From Octopus vulgaris (Eukaryota), in assembly GCA_951406725.2 (NCBI GenBank), contig OX597823.1, positions 5,270,001 to 5,334,000 on the forward strand: a DNA stretch of 64,000 bases. Direction: 5' to 3'. How positions within the stretch are numbered: the stretch's first letter is position 1; the number at the start of each line of letters is the position of its first letter. The notes under the pieces were generated by a model. It was not told where the DNA came from, made no database searches, and saw only the letters and a list, made by a program, of their open reading frames with translations. Shown one piece after another: positions 38,316 through 51,321 of this stretch. Both the position numbers and the translations under genes were made by a program.

Positions 38316-39729
38316 CATACTCACATATATATATATATATATATACACATACACACACAGACAATTACCTCACTTTGAATGTCTCAGTAGTTTATTATAC
38401 TAAAACACCAAATATTTTGCTTCTGTAGTTTGTTTGTTTAGTTGTTGTGTTCTGTTTTTATTGTTTATGTCAATATGGTGTTTCTTCAATATTTCAAAAT
38501 ATCATATTTTTATGAACTTTCTTTGTCAGTGAATCTGTACAAGACAAATTATGATTATGTTTGTGAGACTGTTTGTGTGTGTGCATATCACTGTGAAAGA
38601 GAGAGACCGTATGTGTATGTGTTGGTGTGAGAGAGAGATAGAGCGAGAGTGACTACATCTGTGTGTGTGTGTGTGTTATGTCTGTTTATTTAGTAACGAT
38701 GATCTGTGACTTAAACACTAATACTTATCTATCTATCATTGTTTACTCTCCCCTTTGTGAAACAAGAATCCGTATGCAGATGATAAGGTCAGTGTGTTGA
38801 TGTCACAAGTGTGCATGAGGGTGTGTGTACTCTGTACACTTTATAACTTACAAATATTTTGTTTTTTTACTTATTTTACACTTCTATTTAACAATTACAC
38901 ATTTGTCATGTTTACAGTCAGGAAGATTGTGTATAAATAAGTCTCATTAACATAACACTTAAATGTATAGACATTAACTGTACTGCAAAATAAACACAGG
39001 AGACAAAGGAATCTTGTACATCCAGTAGCCTCTAAATCCCAGCACTATATTAGGAAGTTATTTTGATTGATGTAGAAACAGAGAATCGTACTTTAATGGT
39101 GTTAGTGATTCCATAGAACCAGTTAGTTGCGATTATAGTGGAGATAGCCACTATAATCAGAATGTGGGATAACAACCAAGAAGTTTGAGTACTGGACAGA
39201 TCAGTGATTGCCTGGTCACATAGCCAAACTCTTCTTCATGTTTTCTGATCTACCTAGCAGCTTACCTGGACAAAATAAAAAAAGAAAGAAAAAAAAAAGC
39301 ACTTGTGCCAGCACCACATAAAAAGCACCCAGTACACACTGTCAGGTGGTTGGCATTGGGAAGGGCATCCAGCCATAGAAACCATGCCAAAAGAGACAAT
39401 TGGTGCAGCCCTCCAGCTTACCATGGCAACATGGAGAATTGATTTTAATGTAAACCTTTGCATTCATAAGACTGGAGTTTCATCTGGTTTCCATGGCATA
39501 TAAGTGACCAAGATTACAATGCTCCACCTGGGATGGAACATTGGTTTGTTACAAGGTTAACTCCCCAGCTTTTGCTGGAGCTCATTTACAGATGAGTGGA
39601 CCCAAGCAAAAAGGAAGTGTTCTACTAGTGCTTGTAGTAGTAATGACTCCTTTCAGTGTATGAATGTTATTCTTTTATTATAACTTGAACAACAATTATT
39701 TTTAGTTAGTATTTCTATTATTATTATTA

Positions 39730-41125
39730 GGTGGTGAGGTAAAATGCATAGTGGCATTTCATCGGTCTTTATGATCTGAGTTCAAATTCTGCTGAGGTTG
39801 ACATTGCCTTTCATCCTTTCGGGGTCAATAAATTAAGAACCAGTCAACTACTGGGGTCGATATAATCGACTATGCACCTCCTCACAAATTCCAGACTTTG
39901 TGCCTATAGTGGAAAGGATTTTTATTATTCAGAGAGCGCATGGCCTAATGGTTAGGGTGTTGCACTCATGATTGCTAGATCATGATTTCAATTCCTAGAC
40001 CTAGACCTGGTGGTGCATTGTGTTCTTGAGCAAAACACTTCATCTCATGTTGCTCTGCAATCACTTTGACACCTGGTATATAGTGCACCTGTTCAGACAA
40101 TGTCGATTTGATGGAGGGAGTGAGCTAATGTGCAGGTATGAACATTTGATCACTATAAACAAATCATTTGTGCAGGTCATTTGGCAAAAGCTGAACACTT
40201 GTACATCATCTTCAGTGGGAGAGAGTTCATTATTATTATTATTAAGGCAGGGAGCTGGCAGAACTGGGCAAAAATGATTAGCAACATTTTATCCATCTTT
40301 ATGTTCTGAGTTCAAATTCCGCTGAGGTTGACTTTGCATCCTTCTGGGGTTGATAAACTAAGTACCAGTTGATAAAAATAAGTACAAGTCAATGTAATTG
40401 ACTAACCTCCTCCCCCAAGATTTCAGGCCTTGTGCCTATAATAGAAAGGATTGTCATTTCTCCTGAGTTATCTATGTCATGCCTCAGGATGTCTGCTCCA
40501 TCCCACAGCTTAGAGATTATTATTATTATTATTAAGGTAGCAAGCTGGAAGAATCATCATTAGCATGGTAGACAAAATGCTGTTAGGCATTTTATCAATC
40601 TTTCCTTTCTGAATTCAGATTCCACTGATGTTGATTTTTGTCTTTCATTTCTTTGAGGTTGATGAAAGAAGTACCAGTTAAGCACTGGGGTTGATGTAAT
40701 GGACTTACTCCTTCCTCCTGAAACTGCTGACCTCGTACCAAAGTTTGATGCTATTATTATTATTATTACAGTATTTCGTCTGCCGCTGCGTTGAGAGTTC
40801 AAATTCTGCCAAGGTTGACTTTGCCTTTCATCTTTTCGGGGGTCGATAAATTAAGTACCAGTGACGCACTGGGGTCGATGTAATTGACTTAATCCGTTTG
40901 TCTGTACTTGCTTGTCCCCTCTATGTTTAGCCCCTTGTGGGCAATAAAGAAATAGGTATTTCACCTTTCTTTAAGTTCTGAGTTTAAATTCCACCAAGGT
41001 TGACTTTGCCTTTTATCCTTTCAGGGTCGATAAAATAAGTACCAGTCATGCACTAGGGTCAATGTAATTGACTTAATCCCTTCCCTCAAATTCGAGGCCT
41101 TGTGCTTCGAGTAGAAAGGATTATT
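39730..41125 (+). repeat. Array of ~5 Nin/Deu-type SINEs plus one SINE of another family
   Basis: Same A/B box and core motif repeated, with (ATT)n spacers. Further dispersed copies at ~1070-1380 (-), 5535-6058, 16152-16350, 22325-22540, 23138-23360, 25770-26180, 41680-41810 and 49084-49265. Confidence 0.8.
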
Positions 41126-41166
41126 ATTTATTTATATATTTATTTATTTTTCAATTTCTTCCCCAG

Positions 41167-41333
41167 GTCTCAAAAAACCGAAGCAAGAGAACATCGTCAA
41201 TGAATCTCTGGTTGGAAGAAAAGGTGTTCCTACCAGGTTTACAACATACACTCCTTATCCATTCTCTAAACAAGATGGATTAGTTTCAAATGTAATTTCT
41301 GTAGATAAAAATTTGCCTCTTGAACAAGGCTGA
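41167..41333 (+). CDS. Sulf1: Probable terminal coding exon of the Sulf gene
   Basis: Strong acceptor tttttcaatttcttccccAG. The phase-1 junction gives an open SLKKPKQENIVNESLVGRKG...NLPLEQG followed by TGA TAG, then long UTR-like AT/T-rich sequence. No homology evidence. Confidence 0.65.
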
Positions 41334-43617
41334 TAGGAGAAAGGTTTCAGTATGAGGTGGTGCAATTTATTCTATTTTGTTTGTTAGTTAGTTATTTTCC
41401 CAACTATTCTTGATGCTTCCCATAAACCATAATTGCCTCTTTTACTCTTGGATTTTCATTTCTAAGACTATAATTGTTTTTTTATGCAATAATTTCTTTT
41501 TTTTTCACTTTTACAGGAGAAAAAAATTTCAATTTTTTTTTTTTTGTTAATGAAAAATCTTAAAAGATTTCTTCATTGTATATTTTTACAGCATGTCAAT
41601 ATTTCATGTTTAAAGAAAGTGGTGTAGACAGCTTTTAGAGAGGAGAGCACTGGGACTAGATGCTTTACTGTAAATTTGTTTGCTCCATCACTAATATTGT
41701 TCAAAGTTTGAAATCTGAATTCCCACCAGGGCCAACTTTGCCTTTCACCCTTTCTTGAAGGTTGATAAAATAAAGTACCAGTATTAGACTAGAGTCAAAT
41801 TAATTGAATTTACTTGAAAAAGCAAAAAAAAAAGAAGCAAGAATTTGATATTTCATGTAAGGAGAAGGGGGACTGGAAACTAATCTTTTAATGTCACTAT
41901 CTTTTACTCATCCACCATCCATCCATCCATTTATCTATCTGTGTCTTCTTTTTTTCCTTCCTTCTATTCCCTTGTCCAATAACAGCAATTTGTCAGTAAA
42001 TATTGTGTTGAAATAATGATTGATCAAAACGGTTTTGTTTGGTATGAAACATTAAGAAAAATCTATTTTTGTTTTTATCAACTTCACTGAAAATCTTTTA
42101 TTTATTTGTCTTCTTAACCCACTGACTTTTGTTTTTATATCCATTATAAAGAGTCTTTAAAACTTACTTATCTCTATATGGAAATATAAGTTACTTCTGT
42201 ACCAGTTTATATCTTGGCTGTTCACTCAGAAATTTAATATATTCACGGTTACATTCTTGCTAGAAGAAACTATTAGAGTGTGACTCAAGTGACTAAGGTC
42301 ACCACTTGCTGTTAAATTAGATGTTTTACGAATTAGTCTATCTATAAACTATCATAACTTTTTAAAAAAATTTGACTTCCTCCTTACCTATTGTTGAATT
42401 CATATCAAAAATACGATCCTTTTGAGAACCAACCTACAGAAGAATGTTCAAAGTTCATTAATAAAAAAAACTGCTTGTTTTAAAGTGTTTATATACAAAT
42501 TAAAACTCATCATTTTTATGCAACTTTTGGTTAATTATGTTCCAAACATCAGCTTAATACCAATAAATATTTTAGTAAATATTTTGTTAGTAAATCATTC
42601 TAGATCCTTTAATAATTTAAAGAAATTAATTATAAAATATTGTCATTGAAGGCTTAAATTTTCTTTCCAGCATACAAATAATTGCAATTTAGCAACACCT
42701 TTCCAGTAAGTTCCATAATTATCTACCTTAGTTTTATGTTGGATCATAGATTGAAGCCCTAAGAAAAATGAATTATCAAGGTTAAAATTCGCAAGACGCT
42801 CTTCTTTTCTTTGTATCCATAATTTTCTGGCTAAAAGTATCTTTCCCCAGAAATTATATAATATCTAGAGAATAATTTATTTAAATGAATCTAAACAATA
42901 ATATATTCGTTCATTCTCAGTGCATTCTGGCAGATTTGAACACCAATATCTGATTGTTGTGTTCTTTTAATGGCAACAATCAGATATTCCTATTGAATCT
43001 GCCAGAACATATTAAGAATGAATTATTGTTTGGATCCACACTGTTCTGTAGGCACTCCATCAAGTTTTGTTTGGTAGACATTAGCGGAAACCAGCAAATG
43101 ATTTGTTTGCTGATTCCTATGAACAAGAGCCAGTGCACTTGTTAAATTCATTGGTTCAGTGGGGTAGCTTTGACTGATGAGACATGATAAGTTTGAAACA
43201 CCAAAGTAATCTCATAGTTCCCTTACACCAGTGAATTGTATGTGTTATGAGCACACATTGTCTAAAGGGAGGAGATGTTCCCTCATGCCAAACAACAGTA
43301 ATCAGACATTCACATTCGAATTTGCCAGAACATAATAAGAATGAATAGAAATTAAGAAAATGATCTAAATTAAAAATTCCATCAAAAGTTCAGGTTAGTT
43401 AATATTTTCCAAAACCAGTTTATTAGCGACAATTATTTTACTAAATTCTTCATTATTTTCAAAATTGATACAAAAGCAATGTTTCAACAGAAATATAATA
43501 ACAAAACACTTACACAGACTTATGTTCAAAGGTATCCCAGCCATGACTATCCAGTCACTTTTTTGATCACAGTAAACCCCAGATTACATCATCCAATGAT
43601 GGTAGACTTTGGTTTAA

Positions 43618-43827
43618 CCCTTTTGCACGAGATTGCTCCTAGTTCTATGATACAAACTTCCTGTTTTTAAAGTGATTTAAATTAAACACTTCCATCAGAA
43701 TTTCCTGTTAGTTTATGCTTCAAACATCAACTTAATAATGGCAAAGTTATTTTAGTAAATTCTTCATTACTGTCAAGATTAATTGATACGGAGGCAGCGT
43801 TTCAAAAGAAATATGATAACAAAAGGG
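43618..43827. mobile_element. piggyBac-like MITE copy in the probable Sulf 3'UTR
   Basis: TTAA-ccctttt...aaaaggg-TTAA with the same internal sequence as 55667-55885. Confidence 0.7.
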
Positions 43828-45108
43828 TTAAAGGAAGTATTAAATTTAAGTACTGTAAAGGTGATGATTGTTTGATCTGAAATCTTGAGATTCTCGTTTC
43901 AGACTTTAGTTTATCTGACGAGGTGTTAAAGAAATTAAGATAGTATCAGCACATGACGAGGCTATATTAAATTCAACATGGTGGAGAGCTGTTATCTTAT
44001 AGCTATGAAGAACTATTCGGATTTATGCTAACAATTTGGTTGCACAAATCATCATACTTAGGAACCCTAAGTAACTCTAAATGTAAAATCGGTTTTTATA
44101 ACACTACTACAATTAGTCTAATACTAGTTTGCTTTAAATAGCAAAACTGCAAAAAAGTTCTCTCTCTGATGGTCTGTTCCTCATTACAGTGTATAATGAA
44201 TGTTTTTAGGTGACAGATTTAAGATTAAACCAAAATATGATAAAATAAATGAAAAGCAACATCAAAAAATGCAATTAAGTCCTAATTACTTAATATCAGT
44301 TAGTTCTTTGATCTTTCTATTTTTTGTTTTAAGGTGTCTGTCAAATGATTATTAGAAGCAACCATTAAGATAATTTTCTTATTAATTAATTGTAAGCATT
44401 TCTTCATCAACATTCAGAAGAAGCTTGATGTAAAAAAACAAAAAAATGTTCACAGTGCAATGATAAACCAATTATGTGTATTAATGATAAGTATCTGAAA
44501 ATATATAATATTAGTATTTTTTTTTTGTTCCATTTAACTAATTCCAGCTCCTTGGTTACTTTCAAGGATTATGTAAACAGTCACTTTTAGGATTGCTGTA
44601 AAAATAAAATAAAATAAAATAAAATATTCTGCATGACAGATAGTGTATTGGGTTAACGCCAGTTTGGAATTAGAAAACTGAACAAAAGAAGAAAAATCAA
44701 AAGCCAATCATATGATTGAAACCAATTGATTAATAATAGTTAATGCCGAACTATCAAAATGTTATGTAATAGGAAGGCTGCTGATTATTAAATGACGATC
44801 TTAAAAATACAAACAAATCAATGATTAGTATGTAATTTGGGGCAAAATGTGGGAGTTTTATAAATATATATACATATATATATTTTTACATATACAAATA
44901 TGCTGTTGATATTTTTTTTCTTGGTTTCTCACAGCCAATAATTTTTTATATTATATAAATTTTTTTATTATTATTATAATTATTTTAAAAATTCTGTAAA
45001 AATACCATTGTAATTGTTTTTTTTATATTTGTATTTAAATGTGAACTCTACATATCTTTAAAACAAAAGAAATTTAACTTTTTTTTTTTTTTGCATTGCG
45101 ATATTGAA

Positions 45109-45114
45109 AATAAA
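45109..45114 (+). terminator. Candidate polyadenylation signal
   Basis: AATAAA followed by a GT/T-rich downstream element (aatgtgatttttttttt). Confidence 0.4.
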
Positions 45115-46649
45115 AATGTGATTTTTTTTTTAAGAATTCCATGTAATTTTCATTATTGATGTTTGAAGATCTCTTTTTTTTTTTTTGAGTTGAAAACTAC
45201 TCAAGATTAATTCAAATGAAATTATTATTCCCAAATGTCTACTTTGTTTCTTGTTGTTGACGAACTGTGTGAAGGTTGTATAAGAGGTAAATGCTTTAAT
45301 ATACAATTCCTCACAAATAAAATGGTGCTGAGGGCTCCATTCAATTTAATGCTTCTTTTTTTAATATCTTTTGTCCCTTTTTTTTTTTTCAGTAACAAAT
45401 AATTTTGTTGTTGACTACACTGCCCCTCCCCCCTGTTTGGTTAACAGATTAATGGATTATATGTTTTGCTTTGTTAGTGGACATGGTCCTGTTTTAAAAT
45501 AATAAAAGCAACTAATGAAGACTAACTTGTCAAGCATACTCATGTTAACTTGATTGTCAGTTAAATCCAGACAATATATTATTGACAATAAGTCACTTTC
45601 ATTTTCAGGTTTCCTTCTGCTATTTCAAAGTATGGTGTCTGTGTCACCATTTATTGCCACAATAGGGGCAATATCACTTGTTGCAGTGCTAAGCCATAAA
45701 TATTGCATTGTACTTTCTATGCACATTTCTCAGCAGCTTTGTACATTTTGCATTTCAACAACAACTTGAGAAAGCCTCTTTCATGTCTGCCTTGGCTCAA
45801 GGGAATTCACTGAGGAAGATTTCCTACACAGATGTTTGCAAGAAAAGTAATACCCCCCCCCCCGTGGTCAGGTAAGTTTTCACAGAAGATGCACTATCTG
45901 TATAACGTTAATGATTCCGATCAAGGGAGAGAAGTCCGAAGTTCAAATTAAATATTGAGCAGAAGGAGGTGAGATACAATGTCGAATAAATCTGACTTTA
46001 GGCAACAACCTAAGGCAACAACTACCGCTACGGTTCAGTAGGATCTGAAATGGCTTAAACAGAAATTACCTTAGGATGTCTTCTAAATGAAGTCTAGTAT
46101 TTCACTCGGTGTCCACTCTCAAGTGCATAATTCATGCTTAAAAAGAAAAGAATTTAGTGTCTGTAGTAGAAAGAAATATGTAATGAAAGTAGTAGAGATG
46201 AATTAAAAATTACATAGAAATTAATATATGGGTAGTAAATTAACATCGTGAGGACACTTTAAAAACTATCAACAGTAATGCAGAAGTGAGTTGCCTCCCC
46301 TTATTCAGAGTAATTTACAGTTATCTCCCATGAAAATATGATTCAAATTACGGGAGATAACTGCGCTGGTTACGGCTGGAATAAAAAGCACACTGAATAA
46401 GGAATACAAGATAGCCACATCTGGAATACTTTCTAATCTGTTTCTAAAGCGTTAAGTCTTTCTTCAATACTTTCGATTTCCCGTTTATCACCCTCGTTTA
46501 TATTACGTAAGTAAAATTCAGTCTAATTTTCAGGTCTGCAGAGAAGCAGCAGTAGGTGCTGACTTGTGACTAAACAACAACTCTATGCTTCAGCAATTCT
46601 GAACATGAAAGTTTCCAAATACCATGGCTCTGCACGATTTTTTTCTTGT

Positions 46650-47675
46650 AGCAACACCAAAGGAAGGTTAACCAGGAAGACAGCTTTCATGTGCACCACA
46701 GATGCTCAGAAAACAGATTCCATCACATGCCGGGGGGGGGGGGGGAGAAACTTAGTAGTTGATAGCTTCCGCTACCTAGGTGACCAAGCCTGTAGTGGGA
46801 ACCACTAGAATAAGAATAGCCTGGGCAAAGTTTAGAAAGCTCCTACCTCTACTGGTGACAAAGAGCCCCTTGCTCAGAGTGAAAGGTAGATTGTACCATG
46901 CATGTGTGGGAACTGCCATGCTTCACGGCAGTGAAACATGGGCCATCACTGCTGAAGACATGCAAAGGCTCGAAAGAAACGAAGCTAGCATAATCCGCTG
47001 GATGTGTAATGTCAGTGTGCAGACACGACAGAGAGAAATGTTGGGCATCAGATGTGGTGTGCAAGAGAGACATTTGCATTGGTATGGTCATGTACCATGG
47101 ATGGATGAGGAGAAGAGCTGTGTGACGAAATGCCATTCCCAAACATGGAATGAGGTGGTGAAGCATGATCTTTGAACGTTGGGCCTCACAGAGGCAATGA
47201 CAAAAGACTGAGACCTCTGGAGGTATGCTGTGACTGAGAACATCCGGCAAATAAAGTGAGATCACAGCTGTAACCTACACCAGTGTTGCATAACCAGCCC
47301 ACTCAAAGTACCTTGGATCGTAGGGTAACCTGCCATGCTTGAGAAGACCTATTGAGTCAAGTATATCAACTTCAAAATCAAATCAAATCAAATCACAATC
47401 AAATGGAAATTGTGGTTGTGATTCCCGTGCAGGTAGCACGTAAAAAGCAGCATCCGAACATGGTCAATGCCAGCCCCCTCTGGCCCCTGTGCTGGTGGCA
47501 TGTAAAAAGCACCCACTACACTCTCGGAGTGATTGGTAGTAGGAAGGGCATCCAGCTGTAGAAACACTGCCAGATCAGACTGGGGCCTGGTGCAGCCACC
47601 TGGCTTCCCAGACCCCGGTCGAACCATCCAACCCATGCCAGCGTGGAAAACAGACGTTAAACAATGATGGTGATT
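46650..47675 (+). mobile_element. Older 5'-truncated RTE LINE copy, frameshifted
   Basis: VVDSFRYLGDQ, RIRIAWAKFRKLLPLL, LHGSETWA and WYGHV, plus the same 3'UTR and tail. Confidence 0.9.
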
Positions 47676-48781
47676 ATGTCTACAAGTAATAGAAACACTG
47701 AATATAAAAAATTTGCCCCAAAGTTGCTATTGGAAAGATAAGTAAGAAAAAAAAAAAATGGTTTTTAAGTATTATTAACTTATCCATTTTAAAAACAAAC
47801 TATATTTTAATTAAGCTTAAATGATAGAGCTCAATTCAAAGAATTTCATGGTATCACTCTCATGCAATGAAGTTTTAAAAGAAAAAAGTTATGAGTGTGA
47901 TAATATAGTTCTATACTTTTTTACGAATATAATTCTATAAAGGGGACTTTTATATATGTCACCGGTAAGGACATAATTATCAACGACACCGCTATTTGAC
48001 ACATTATTAATTAGCATAAGAGCATAGCCTGGAAAAAAACATGGATTACATGGAAAAATGCGACCAAGAGGAATAATATTCTTAACATTATAAACCTGGA
48101 AAATTACAGGACACTTGGAAAAAGTTCAGGACAACTTATTTACATCTGGTAAAGTACAGAACAAGAAAATTCTTAATATCAAAAAAAGGGGGTAAGAGTG
48201 AAATTTGGTGGATGGAAGATGGAAACTGGAAGCCAAAAAAAGAAACACTGTTTTCCAATGCTTGACTTTATTTAGTGTTTGGTTTAAAGCCACCACCTAA
48301 ATTTTGAGAATCAATGAATTTCCTCAACTCTGTTACAAATATGAGCTGAATGCCTAGTCTCAGGATAACTTCTTCACACCTCCCATTACTCTTGGAGGCC
48401 CTAAAAGAAGTGTCAAGGGTATACCTTCTCCTCCATCTAAGCCATATCAAAATTTTATGGCTGAGTTTTAAAGCAGAGGTTGCTAGAAATATGTAATATA
48501 TTGGATTCAAGAACTATCTTAAAGAGCAAAAGCTTCCTGCATGGTTTCGCATTTCATAGGTAGTCTGATCTATTTTCCTTCCAAGCTTTTATTTTTTTTA
48601 CCTAATATATTTCATATTCAAATTTTTTATATGATGATGACTCCTGAATTTTATCTATGGTAGCAAAAACATATTACTAAAGTTACCTGTCATAATCAAA
48701 AGGTATTAAATGCAAAACATTCAGTTGGTTACCTGTTATCAAGACAATATCAGACAAAGCAACATACCAAAATCTAAAAGC

Positions 48782-49044
48782 TCAGAGATGGATGGTTGTC
48801 GAGGGCCTCAGAGTAGAGTTGTTCAACCTGTGTGTCTGTTTCTTAGAATCTGTTTTTGGTCTGCAGTAATCCATTTCCTGTTTCCATCCTGGGATATAGC
48901 TGTTCTTTAACCTCAGCTCAAGGAGTCTTTGCTCTTCAAAAACATTCCGTCCATTAGCCAACCAGAAATGACCAGACTGTAGATGAACATATTTTCCTTC
49001 TACACTTGTTTTCACACCAATCTTGGAATCAGAAGGGATTTCAT
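48782..49044 (-). CDS. Uncharacterised protein, terminal coding exon (YEIPSDSK...TTIHL*)
   Basis: Acceptor aatcctttttcAG. The phase-1 junction gives an open frame to the TGA at 48782 that coincides with the ORF track. Confidence 0.8.
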
Positions 49045-49569
49045 CTGAAAAAGGATTAATTAAAAAACTAGAGCATTATAATTAAGGTGGCATGCTGAGA
49101 GAATCATTGGCATGTTGACTAAAATGCTTCTTAGCAGCATTGCTTCTAATTCTTTATATTATGAGCCGAAAACCTACCCAAGTCATCTTTTATCTTTTTG
49201 GGGGTTGGCATAATTGACTTGCCCACTTCCTCCCAAAATTGCTGGCTTTGTGTCAAAATTTGAAACATTTTAAGCTGGTGTTTGGATCATAAATTTTGAT
49301 GGGGGATTATAATTCAAACTATTTTGAAACAGAAAGTTTGTTATAATAGAATGCAATCAAAAAAGTTAAAACCTTCCATCTGTATTCCACGTTAATTTAT
49401 ATTTCATTCACTGGCTTAATAATGACAAAATTATTTTATAAAATTTTTATAATTTTAAAAATTAATTGAAACAAAATATAGTAACAAAAGTGTTAAATAA
49501 AGAAAAAGTACAGTTGACAATGTAGACCGTAGAGTACAAAAAGATGGCCACAAATGTGACAGTTTTTTT

Positions 49570-50810
49570 GTTTTCAACTGGAGGAAAATGCTTCTGGCAC
49601 CTTTGCAAGTCCCCTGAGACCTGGGAGACTGACTGTAGAAAATGCTACCCTCATCAGAAGCAAGTTAATAACTGCAGAGAAACACAAGCTACTGTACACA
49701 TGGCTAACTCTCTCCTTACAGGCAGCACCCCTGTACATTGTGGTGTGTATAGCTCTCACAAGCCTTTCATCTACACTTAGTTTCCTCAAAGACCATCAGA
49801 TCACAGAACAAGGGACTCTGTACTTGGCATTTATTAACCTGGAGAAAGTCTTCAACAAAGGATTACTTTTAACTAAATACTTCTCCTGCAGTTGTCCCAA
49901 GAAGGATATGGCATCAATGGTACAATACAAAACTGCATTGCATATATTCTAACTCTCTTTTCTAATTAATTGGACAATATCTCTTAGTGTAACTTTCGTG
50001 AACTGGTCTAGCAACTAATCACTTGTGAGGCACACCCTTTATCCTCATAACAGCTGACTATATTGCTATAGCATCTTCCTGCACAATCTGATTAACTAAT
50101 TGGGTGACTTAGATCATGCCCTACTCTGCCAAATAGTTTAAGCATCCCAGTGATTCCTGATAAACCAGGGCCTTCCCTCGTTCATCATATTGCTGGTGCC
50201 TCTGTTGGGTCTGCACTGGGGAAAAGCTTTTTTCTCCTAAGCATTTTCCATGCTTAATAGTCTTTCACAGCAGCACTTCTATGCCTCTGTCATAAATGCA
50301 AGTACAATTACCCATCTGCACACACATCTCACCCACAACATCTCATGTGCCTGGCATGCATGAATGCATGCATACATACATTGTATACGTGTGTGTATCA
50401 TCATCATCAGTTAATGTCTGTCTTCCAATGTTTCCAGTATTCTCAAGTCCTCTACATTCAAGGTCAATGTCTTACTATCATGCAACATTGCAGTTCTAAC
50501 ACAAGTGTTATACAATCAGCTCTTTATTCTAAGGGAACAGATGTTAGTTGTGAGCTCCTTGAACTTTCTCCAACCTGTTCTTATTCTGGCTACTATACTT
50601 TTAGGACAACCACATATCCAATAGGTTTATAACATGTCCTCTTCCAGTGCATCTATTCCCATATAAAGCTTACATTCTCAATCTGCCTGGGATTCCACTA
50701 TGTTTCCTGTGTCTTGACACCTTACATCATCAGGCACAACATATGGAGTTTATGCCTACTCCTTTTCTGAAGGTATCACGGGTTCTGTCTTTCTTTCTTA
50801 CTAAAATCAT
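49570..50810 (-). mobile_element. Degenerate RTE LINE internal fragments
   Basis: Minus strand RKLSVDERLVRAI..MYR and LQEKYL; finger-region remnant near 50740-50770. Contains a micro-inversion. Confidence 0.75.
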
Positions 50811-51321
50811 CACTGCTAGGTTATTTATCTGTAATGATGGGCTTCTTTCAGTTTCTGTCCAACAAATCCACTCACAAGGCTTTAACTAGTGCAGAGTTAT
50901 AGTAGAAGACACCTAAGCAAAGTGTCAGGCAGTGGGATTGAATCCACAATTATGTGATTTGCTTAATCATACAGTTAAGCAAACTTCTTAACTGGACAGC
51001 CATGCCCAAGGGTAGAAGAGAGAAGAAAGAAAAAGAGAGATCAGATCTATCTATCTAGCTCTTGGCACACACATACACACACACACACACAGAGCAGTTT
51101 TCAGTTGTGAATTAGTAATCTGTAACAGCTGGTTTCATTGTTCAGTTCCAGTATGTTGTGGTTCTAGATTCAAATCCTGTTTTCATCTTCAAATTTTATT
51201 ACATGTCTAAATAGCCAAGATAAATTATTGCCAATAAAAATATGATATATTGGACCATAAAGTAGTCAAGCTCTTTACCAATGGAAACATTTTTTATAAT
51301 GTTAATTAGTTAATTAAATTA

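Larger units (their letters stand above)
41334..45130 (+). other. Probable long 3'UTR of Sulf
   Basis: AT/U-rich, with lower SINE density than the introns. Ends at an AATAAA followed by a TGTG/T-rich tract. Confidence 0.45.

Noticed and set aside
43910-43945. CTGACGA...GAAA motif
   Set aside because: No stem II or stem III pairing.
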